Assembly: GCA_048941265.1 (NCBI GenBank)
Contig: JBHLNT010000092.1
Coordinates: forward strand, 1 to 15,953
Direction: 5' to 3'
Origin: Promethearchaeota archaeon
GTDB taxonomy: Archaea; Asgardarchaeota; Lokiarchaeia; Sigyniarchaeales; SOKP01
Length of the DNA: 15,953 nucleotides
Part shown: piece by piece, positions 7,946 through 14,978 of the stretch
Layout: each line of letters opens with the position of its first letter
Numbering within the stretch: position 1 is the first letter of the stretch
Translations under genes and position numbers: made by a program
Notes under the pieces: generated by a model
Databases searched by the model: none
Seen by the model: only the letters and a program-made list of their open reading frames with translations
What the model was told of the DNA's origin: nothing

Positions 7946-8449
7946 ATGGAAATTGATATTGATAAGTTAAAAGAAAGTTCTTTGGAATTTAATAAAAAAT
8001 TACGGCTTCCTATAAATACATTAAATATAAAAATCGAAGATAATTGGAAGAATTTTACAAATTTCATATCTGAATTGATTGAAATTGATTCAGGTCGCAA
8101 ATTTAAGACTGAATTAAGTATGGTCCTAATCGACACGGGTAATGAAGCTAATTTCATTGTAATGAGTGCTTATTATCTTAATACCTTTAAATCTAAAATT
8201 AAGGAAATCGATTTAGAACAAAAAATAATAGAAGATTTTGTAGGTAATGAAAGATTGACTGAGGTAACAACTGAAAGTTTTGAATTTAAGATTTTTAATG
8301 CTCTTTTTAAATCGAAAATTGGTTTTACTTACCAAACGAATGTTAATGCATTGGATATCATTAATGTAGGGATTAATGCTATTCGACAATATCTTAATTT
8401 GATTTTTTTAGCTGGTTCTAAAAATTACTATTATTGTTCTAATATCTGA
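7946..8449 (+). CDS. Retropepsin-like (clan AA) aspartyl protease
   Basis: Catalytic motif VLIDTG and a C-terminal hydrophobic-Gly motif IINVGINAIRQY. Confidence 0.7.
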   Translation: MEIDIDKLKESSLEFNKKLRLPINTLNIKIEDNWKNFTNFISELIEIDSGRKFKTELSMVLIDTGNEANFIVMSAYYLNTFKSKIKEIDLEQKIIEDFVGNERLTEVTTESFEFKIFNALFKSKIGFTYQTNVNALDIINVGINAIRQYLNLIFLAGSKNYYYCSNI

Positions 8450-8476
8450 TTGGAACCAAGAAATCCCTTAGAAGAA

Positions 8477-8504
8477 TCAGAAAAAGGAAAGCATAGTGGG
8501 AGGG
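8477..8504. repeat. GC-rich intergenic repeat, copy 2 (degenerate)
   Basis: tcagaaaaaggaaagcatagtgggaggg; 22/28 identical to 543-570. Confidence 0.65.
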
Positions 8505-8563
8505 TGTCCATAAATTAAAATAAAGGAGTATTTTAAATTAGCATATACTTAAATTTTAAAAAT

Positions 8564-8905
8564 CTAAAAATCAATTTCCATTTCTCTATATTGAAAGTAT
8601 TTTTCAAGGAATAGATCTAAACAACAAATTACTATTTTTCCTTTAGTATCTTCATTGATATTAAAATATTCTTGGTTGTTATCTAATAATGGGATTATTA
8701 TTTTATTTTTGATATAATTTAAAAACTCATCTGAAAAGAAATGATCTACTACTATCCTTTTATTATAATATTGCTTAATGAAATCATTGATAATATCCTC
8801 TTGATTTTTAGTTGGATTTTCTTCAATATTATCGATAAAACGCTCAATGAAACTGAAAATGCGTTCCCTAACAGGTTCTTCAAATTCTGGATGTAATTTT
8901 TTCAA
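8564..8905 (-). CDS. Acidic helical hypothetical protein, candidate orphan immunity cassette
   Basis: 113 aa, TTG start with GAGATGA upstream, flanked on both sides by the GC-rich repeat. Confidence 0.6.
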   Translation of the reverse strand: MKKLHPEFEEPVRERIFSFIERFIDNIEENPTKNQEDIINDFIKQYYNKRIVVDHFFSDEFLNYIKNKIIIPLLDNNQEYFNINEDTKGKIVICCLDLFLEKYFQYREMEIDF

Positions 8906-8971
8906 TTTTTCATCTCTAGTTATTATTATATTGTTTTAAATAATACAACAGATAAGATAAATTAATATTTT

Positions 8972-9006
8972 TCAGTTGGAGGCAAGCACGGTGGGAGGGA
9001 GGTAAT
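8972..9006. repeat. GC-rich intergenic repeat, copy 3
   Basis: tcagttggaggcaagcacggtgggagggaggtaat. Confidence 0.85.
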
Positions 9007-9023
9007 GGAAAGATAAGATGTAA

Positions 9024-9836
9024 TTAGTAATAAAAAAATCCCACGGACCTTTCAAACTCATTAAGCATTTGAATTACTTCGGCAGAAAATTTCTTCTTTA
9101 ACTCAGGATTGAATTCTAAAAGTTTTAATTTTTTTAGATTCTTCAAAGTTAAGGGTAAGTTAGATATTTTATTATATCCAAAATTAAATTTCTGTAAGTT
9201 CTTCAAATTTCCTATTGAATCATGAATTAACTCGATATTATTATAAGAAATATTAAACACTTCTAGGTTTTCTAAGTTCCAAATTGAAGAAGGTAAGTCG
9301 TTTAAATTGTTATACATCAAATTTAATTTTTTTAAAGCTTTCAAATTGCCAATTGATTCAGGGATTTTTTTTAAATTATTATAAGATAGATCTAAGTATT
9401 GGAGATTTTCTAATTGATTTATTGATTCTGGTAGGAATTCTAATTTATTACGTTCTAAAATTAATGCTTTTAAATTTTTAAATTTGGATATATCTTGGGG
9501 GATAATATCAATTTGATTTCCGGATATATCTAAGACAGTAAGATCTTTTAATTCAAGGATTTCATCAATAAAGCGGTTTAATTCAAGAGATACTAAAACT
9601 AAATGTTTTATTCTCCCGTCTCTAACATTTATTCCATTTAGAAGCCCTTGACCTATGATTTCAAATTCTATTTCTCTTTCATCCTTTCCAGATTCAATTT
9701 CATATAAATATAAATCATTTGGATTCTGAAATTCATTCTTTTTTAATAAGACAATATTTCTTCCAATTTTTTTTTCCAAAATTTTCAGAATTTCATAATC
9801 CCTTTCATTTAATAAAATATTCATAAAATTTTTCAT
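9024..9836 (-). CDS. Leucine-rich repeat protein (23-aa repeats)
   Basis: About 6-7 LxxLxLxxNxLxxLPxSIxNL repeats. The start is probably the ATG at 9836 (GAGATGG upstream) rather than 9869. Confidence 0.9.
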   Translation of the reverse strand: MKNFMNILLNERDYEILKILEKKIGRNIVLLKKNEFQNPNDLYLYEIESGKDEREIEFEIIGQGLLNGINVRDGRIKHLVLVSLELNRFIDEILELKDLTVLDISGNQIDIIPQDISKFKNLKALILERNKLEFLPESINQLENLQYLDLSYNNLKKIPESIGNLKALKKLNLMYNNLNDLPSSIWNLENLEVFNISYNNIELIHDSIGNLKNLQKFNFGYNKISNLPLTLKNLKKLKLLEFNPELKKKFSAEVIQMLNEFERSVGFFYY

Positions 9837-10006
9837 TTTTACCATCTCTATATGTAGCTTAGTAATCAATAATCTATTAAGAACCTATTATTTTTATTAA
9901 AAAAAACTGTTTATACTTCTCGTACATTAATTACTCTAGGTATCTTTATTTGTGGATAATATTGTTCAAATAAATCTAAAGAATACAGGCAAGAATCACA
10001 GAGCAA

Positions 10007-10026
10007 GCAAGCACGGCGGGGAGGGA
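10007..10026. repeat. GC-rich intergenic repeat, copy 4
   Basis: gcaagcacggcggggaggga, the core of copy 1 with one extra G. Confidence 0.8.
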
Positions 10027-10131
10027 AATATAGAATAAATATAGAAAAGAGTGAATTATTATTAAAAATTTAATATTTATTCAGGATTCATCAAAAAATG
10101 AGTATTGAAAGAATTGAAATCTGCTAAAAAA

Positions 10132-11469
10132 TTATAAATCATAATAGTGACGCCACCATTTTAATCTATCCTCTTCATTCTCCAAATCTGGATTTAAATA
10201 AAAGTATTTTTCATAAGGTTCTAACTCTTCTTTTGGAATTAGGGGATCATTATAAAAATCTTTTCTCAACACAATATATTGAATACTTTCAAGTACCTCC
10301 AAACCCTTAGTGCTTGTAATGAGGTTTCCACATAAATAAATTTCCTCAAGATTGTGAAGGGCTTCTAAACCAGAAATTTCCTTGATTTGATTATGGGTGA
10401 GATCTAATTTTTCTAAATCCTTTAAATTCTCTAATCCTTTTATCTCTTTTATCTTGTTATGGTCAAGAATTAAATATTTTAGGTTAGAAAGTGCGTTTAA
10501 ACCCTTGATTTCATTAATTTCATTTTCTCCAAGATCTAAAGAAACTAGTTTTACACACTTATCTAATTTACCAATCTCTGAAATATTATTCCCAACTAAT
10601 AATAAAGAATTGAGCTCTGATAGCGTTTCAAGCCCACTTATTTCATTAATTTGATTATAATGCAAGTATAAAAATTCTAAGAGATTCTGAGATTCAAGCC
10701 CTTGAATCTTTTTAATACTATTATTTCCAATTCTAAGATCTTTTAGGTTAATAAGAGTTTTTAATCCCTTGAGTTCTTTAATTCGGTTATTATTCAAGTA
10801 AAATTCCCTTAAATTAGTTAAATCTTCGATATTCTTGATTTCCTCAATTTGATTATGGCTAAGGTGTAATTCTCTTAACTTCTTCAAGTGTTGGATTCCC
10901 TTAATTTGTGTGATGTTATTGTGGCTTAAATATAAGAATTCTAATTGATTTAGATTTTCAAGTCCCTTGATCTCCTTAATTTGATTATAATTAAAAGATA
11001 TTTTTTCTAAATTCCTGAGATTTTCAAGTCCCTTAATTTCCTCGATTTTATTTCCAGATAGTTCTAAAATTGTTAAGTTTTTAAGATTTTCAAGTCCGCT
11101 AATATTTTTAACCTGATTATTATTTAAACTCAGATACTTAAGCTTGGAGAGATTTTCAATTCCAGTCATCTCCTCAATTTTATTATTATATAAGTACAAA
11201 TATTCTAAATTTTTAAGGTTTTCAAATCCTTTAATTCTTTTTATCATATTATCATTTAAGGATAAACTTTTAAGATTCACAAGTGTATCGAGACATTGTA
11301 CTTTTGAAATGTGATTGTGATGAAGACTTAAGCCCTTTAATTCCTCAAGTGATTCCAAACCCTCAATTTCGGAAATGGTCTTAATCTCCCTATCATTTAG
11401 AAGCAATTCACCTTGATTAACATATACCTTGTGTCCTTTTATAGTTACATAATCTCTATTTCTTTCCAT
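10132..11469 (-). CDS. SDS22/internalin-like LRR protein (22-aa repeats), candidate cognate immunity protein
   Basis: Roughly 16-17 LxxLxLxxNxIxEIKGLENL repeats. ATG with GAGATG upstream; 65 nt downstream of the Ubl-deaminase gene. Confidence 0.92.
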   Translation of the reverse strand: MERNRDYVTIKGHKVYVNQGELLLNDREIKTISEIEGLESLEELKGLSLHHNHISKVQCLDTLVNLKSLSLNDNMIKRIKGFENLKNLEYLYLYNNKIEEMTGIENLSKLKYLSLNNNQVKNISGLENLKNLTILELSGNKIEEIKGLENLRNLEKISFNYNQIKEIKGLENLNQLEFLYLSHNNITQIKGIQHLKKLRELHLSHNQIEEIKNIEDLTNLREFYLNNNRIKELKGLKTLINLKDLRIGNNSIKKIQGLESQNLLEFLYLHYNQINEISGLETLSELNSLLLVGNNISEIGKLDKCVKLVSLDLGENEINEIKGLNALSNLKYLILDHNKIKEIKGLENLKDLEKLDLTHNQIKEISGLEALHNLEEIYLCGNLITSTKGLEVLESIQYIVLRKDFYNDPLIPKEELEPYEKYFYLNPDLENEEDRLKWWRHYYDL

Positions 11470-11534
11470 TTAAATTACATCTCGAGAATATTTTATTCTT
11501 AAAACGCTTACATATTATAAAAATCTTTTTTACT

Positions 11535-13136
11535 CTATAGGAACATGTAATAAAAACTAATTTCAGGATACATCTCTCTAAGATTATTCTCAAATTTATT
11601 AATATTTTCATTGCAATTAGGACAAAAAGACTCCTCTGATGTAAGAACAATGGTTCCTGCGTCTATATCATCCATCAGCAAGTTCTCTAAATTAATAATA
11701 GATATTCTCTCTCCACATAGCGGATTAAAATATCTATCATCGGGCTGTTCTTCTAAGCTGTTTATGATATATTCTTTTCCTGTATCTGGATCTTTAGCCA
11801 ACCATTCAACGGGATATCTTTTTGAATAGTAGTTCGAATAAATATATACTAAACCCATTCTCGTTGCATCAGGGACGCGCAATCCAGGAATGGGAGTTTT
11901 ACTAGAACGAGTTACCGTAATTCCTAAATTAACAGAACCTCCTGGTTTTTCAAATTCAAAATAGGTTAGAGTGAATTTTCCACCTATCAAATTTCCCCTA
12001 TATCCTCTCATAATTTTATCATTGGTTACTTTATCTCTATCTTTTAATTGTTTGACGACATCATCGTTAGCCCCAAAATTAAAATTATCCCTAAGAAATT
12101 CATTTAAATCATTTATCATGGTTTGTTTGGAATTCTTATCGCCAATAAGATTTATAATTTGGGCACGAGCACCAGGGTAATCATAGATATCCTGAAATTC
12201 AATTCGTCCATCTTGATTTCTCGTTTCTTTCAAAAGTTTTTTAAAATGATTATCAATAAGTTTTCCGACCTTCCCTGGTAAATTCTCTTTGAAATCTAGT
12301 ACGATACTTTTTAAGTAAGATAATTCATAAACTCCAAGTTCTGTGGGATTTTTAAGAATATCCATAATATTAAAATCTGTTGCACTTTGTATGGCACCAT
12401 CTTCAGTTTTTATAAATTTCCTGAAACCTTCGTTTCTAAGCTCGTTATTCAATTCAATAAAACTAACGAAATTCTCATCATTTGCATCTGAATATAAAAA
12501 GGCTATTTCCTTAAACATTTCAAATAATTCTCTTGAATTATCAGAAATTAATTCTTGTTCAATAAGTAAATCTGTGATTTTATCTATAACTTGTTGTTTT
12601 TGCCCTTCAATATTACCTAGATCAAACCCTAGTCTCCTAGCCATAGTACTATCGATCTTACAAATATGATACATTACTTCAAGGATTAGATTGAGTTTAC
12701 CTACATCATTTGCATCCTGGAATCTGTTTATAAAGCCATTTTCTGAATTACTCCAATAATTTCTATCTCCTGTTATTTCTCTGAAAAAGTTGGTAATTCC
12801 ATATCTATAATCAAATATTGAATTTATCTCATAAGCAATAACTCCAAGTTCGCCTCCTTCGCCTAGGTGTTTGGAGATTACAGTAATGATATCCTTTTTA
12901 AGATTAAAACCGAGTTCTTTCAGCGTTTTTACATCAGTAATTAATTTTCCGTTGAAAATTATTTCAATATCTAAGAGGGGGTTGAGTTTAAGCTGATTTT
13001 GAATTTCATTCTTGATATCTTTTATATTGGCTTTAGAATTTTCGATGGTTATAAGCTTGATAGCTTGGTCCGGAGCAACTCCTAATTGTCTAATTTTAAT
13101 GGTTTTTCCATTGTTTTCGGATAGGAAATTTACCAT
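11535..13136 (-). CDS. Ubl-domain fusion with helical linker and C-terminal Zn-dependent deaminase-like toxin domain
   Basis: Residues 1-95 are about 53% identical (46/86 by manual alignment) to the Ubl of 1100-2347 and end in LGEGG. The C-terminus LCGERISI...GTIVLTSEESFCPNC...INKF...MYPEISF fits the toxin-deaminase signature. Confidence 0.7.
   Translation of the reverse strand: MVNFLSENNGKTIKIRQLGVAPDQAIKLITIENSKANIKDIKNEIQNQLKLNPLLDIEIIFNGKLITDVKTLKELGFNLKKDIITVISKHLGEGGELGVIAYEINSIFDYRYGITNFFREITGDRNYWSNSENGFINRFQDANDVGKLNLILEVMYHICKIDSTMARRLGFDLGNIEGQKQQVIDKITDLLIEQELISDNSRELFEMFKEIAFLYSDANDENFVSFIELNNELRNEGFRKFIKTEDGAIQSATDFNIMDILKNPTELGVYELSYLKSIVLDFKENLPGKVGKLIDNHFKKLLKETRNQDGRIEFQDIYDYPGARAQIINLIGDKNSKQTMINDLNEFLRDNFNFGANDDVVKQLKDRDKVTNDKIMRGYRGNLIGGKFTLTYFEFEKPGGSVNLGITVTRSSKTPIPGLRVPDATRMGLVYIYSNYYSKRYPVEWLAKDPDTGKEYIINSLEEQPDDRYFNPLCGERISIINLENLLMDDIDAGTIVLTSEESFCPNCNENINKFENNLREMYPEISFYYMFL
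13096..13134. repeat. 39-bp perfect direct repeat, copy 2 (candidate attR)
   Basis: Identical to 2298-2336; offset 10,798 bp. Confidence 0.85.
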
Positions 13137-13168
13137 TTCATCTCAAAAATCACTAAAAACACAAAGAG

Positions 13169-13176
13169 TTTAAATA
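13169..13176. promoter_or_regulatory. Archaeal TATA box in the 71-bp divergent intergenic region
   Basis: TTTAAATA, conserved with 2371-2378 while the flanking sequence diverges. Confidence 0.55.
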
Positions 13177-13207
13177 ATGCCGAAGCTTGTGTGCGATATA
13201 ACAAGAT

Positions 13208-13726
13208 GTGATTAATATGAAAGAAAAACAAAAGTCAACCAAAAGCAGCTACGAATACAGATACATTCAATTCGTTGTCAGTCCGAAAGAAAAGGAAAAG
13301 ATTGAGGAATTTATGACAAAGGAAAATTTTAAGACACAGAGCGATTTTATTAGGAGGATTATCTTTACGCACATTCGCAAACAAGAAAACCCTGAACTAT
13401 TCATCTCAAGCAATGATTCAAATATAAATCCAATTGTACTTGAAAGGATTGCAAAAAATACAAAAGAAATTCAAGAACTCATATCACAGAGAGAAGATTC
13501 ATTAGAAGAAATGAGACAAATGGTTTTAAATTTACATAAGCTCGCCGAACAAAACGCCTTAGCAAAAGAAAGAGAAATTATTATAAAACTATTAGAAAAA
13601 CACACTTCATTATCACTTAGACAAATTGAAGAAGAAACTGGTTTAGCCGAAGATGTAGTCTTTAAAATCATATCCGATATGAATATATTTAAAATTACAA
13701 CATCAGGTAGATTCGCATTACGATAA
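13208..13726 (+). CDS. RHH + wHTH DNA-binding protein, paralog of 2420-2938
   Basis: YIQFVVSPKEKEKI...KTQSDFIRRIIF (RHH). C-terminal EEETGLAEDVVFKIISDMNIFKITTSGRFALR is nearly identical to copy 1. The start may be the ATG at 13217. Confidence 0.75.
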   Translation: MINMKEKQKSTKSSYEYRYIQFVVSPKEKEKIEEFMTKENFKTQSDFIRRIIFTHIRKQENPELFISSNDSNINPIVLERIAKNTKEIQELISQREDSLEEMRQMVLNLHKLAEQNALAKEREIIIKLLEKHTSLSLRQIEEETGLAEDVVFKIISDMNIFKITTSGRFALR

Positions 13727-14634
13727 CTAATCAGCAAATTATTGACAGGTATTTACAGAGGTATAAGCATTCAAAATACTCAGTATATTCCCGCAAATAT
13801 GCACTCGGCTATTTTTTTGAATCAAGATACTTTGGTTTTGAAGATCATGTATTTAATATAAAGAAACGTGATGCAATTGATTATTTCGACTATTTAAACC
13901 ATAAAGAAGACCTCTGTCTTGTAAGTAAAATGAATAAGTGGAATTATTTTAGATCATTTCTCCAATTTTGCATGGAATATTACGATCTGGTAGTGGTTAT
14001 CCCTAAATATTCCGTGAACTGGAAGCCACTTCACAAAGAAGCTGATTCTAACAAAGATGTGGTAATGACTAAAGAAGAAGTAAAACGGATACTTAAGCAC
14101 AATTTAAACTATAATTATTATTACTATATTCTTTTAAGAATATTAACCGAAACAGGCATGCGTGTTGGGGAATTTCTCAGCATTGACATTGAAGATGTGA
14201 ACGTGGATAAACGATATGTTGAAACTCAAGGGAAGACAGGAAGGAAGATCTACTACTTCTCAAACGGATTAGCCAAACACTTAGCAATCTATCTGAAAGA
14301 ACGGGAATTGAAAGACTGTGAATGCAAAGCGTTGTTCCTTTCCATCCAGCGACAAAGATACAGACGCAGGAGCATTAATAATTATATACAAAGATGCGTT
14401 AGGAAAATAGGGATCGACAAGCGGATTTCATGCCATACTTTTAGACGAACCTTAAACACGCAGAGGAAAAAGATGGGATGCCCAAAAGAGGATAGGAAAA
14501 TCCTACTCTGTCATAAAGTCAGCGATGTCAATTTCCAATGCTATGTAAAGCTCAACTATGATGATTACATCCGCTTATATGACAAATGGAATCCGTATAA
14601 AAACATCTTAGACGGTAGATCTCGGAATATTTAG
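13723..14634 (+). CDS. Tyrosine recombinase, paralog of 2935-3849; full-length frame begins at ATA 13723
   Basis: The frame is open for 69 codons upstream of ATG 13930 (ITNQQIIDRYLQRYKHSKYSVYSRKYAL...) and matches the N-terminus of integrase 1. Catalytic ETGMR, GKTG, HTFRR, LLCH and CY are intact. Confidence 0.9.
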   Translation: MTNQQIIDRYLQRYKHSKYSVYSRKYALGYFFESRYFGFEDHVFNIKKRDAIDYFDYLNHKEDLCLVSKMNKWNYFRSFLQFCMEYYDLVVVIPKYSVNWKPLHKEADSNKDVVMTKEEVKRILKHNLNYNYYYYILLRILTETGMRVGEFLSIDIEDVNVDKRYVETQGKTGRKIYYFSNGLAKHLAIYLKERELKDCECKALFLSIQRQRYRRRSINNYIQRCVRKIGIDKRISCHTFRRTLNTQRKKMGCPKEDRKILLCHKVSDVNFQCYVKLNYDDYIRLYDKWNPYKNILDGRSRNI

Positions 14635-14916
14635 TTTTTATTAAAATACAGCTATATATTATTATTTTTTCTTTTTTTATTGCTATTTATTATATCAGTC
14701 TATTTTAGAAGTGACTAATGTAATATAACTGTGAGCTGAACCATACCCCCCTTCTTCGATTTTCTGTTCAAAAAGCATTCTTTTTGTAGATGGGGGTGAC
14801 TGAGCTGGTCTGTGGATTGATGGCATTTTTTTTAAGAAAAAGTGTATTAAAATTCATTAATTATAAAATTCCGCTAATATTTTTAAAAAAAAAAGGAAAA
14901 TAAAGATTTTAATCTG

Positions 14917-14961
14917 TTATTTTCCCTCTTCTATATATAAAGAAGAGTAAAGGGAAAATAA
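14917..14961. terminator. Bulged hairpin just past the stop of the helicase-like gene
   Basis: ttattttccct-cttct...agaag-(agtaa)-agggaaaataa, ending 17 nt from the stop at 14979. Confidence 0.4.
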
Positions 14962-14978
14962 GAGAATTGGTAGGGCAT

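Larger units (their letters stand above)
2298..13134. mobile_element. Putative 10.8-kb integrative element bounded by the 39-bp direct repeats
   Basis: Perfect terminal direct repeats, a tyrosine recombinase operon next to the left repeat, and accessory cargo. The boundaries are inferred. Confidence 0.5.

Noticed and set aside
543-10026. GC-rich repeats as a CRISPR array
   Set aside because: The copies are separated by whole genes (0.5-8 kb), not 30-40 nt spacers, and there are no cas genes.
10940-11240. 66-bp periodic DNA repeats (ttttcaagtcc) as an array or DGR template
   Set aside because: Explained by 22-aa LRR coding. There is no reverse transcriptase and no adenine-specific TR/VR pair.
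11456-11650. 64-aa minus-strand ORF
   Set aside because: It overlaps the deaminase C-terminus and the LRR start in another frame, with no RBS or recognisable motif.
2298-14634. Module duplication as an assembly artefact
   Set aside because: The copies are well diverged in DNA and protein outside the 39-bp core and carry different cargo.
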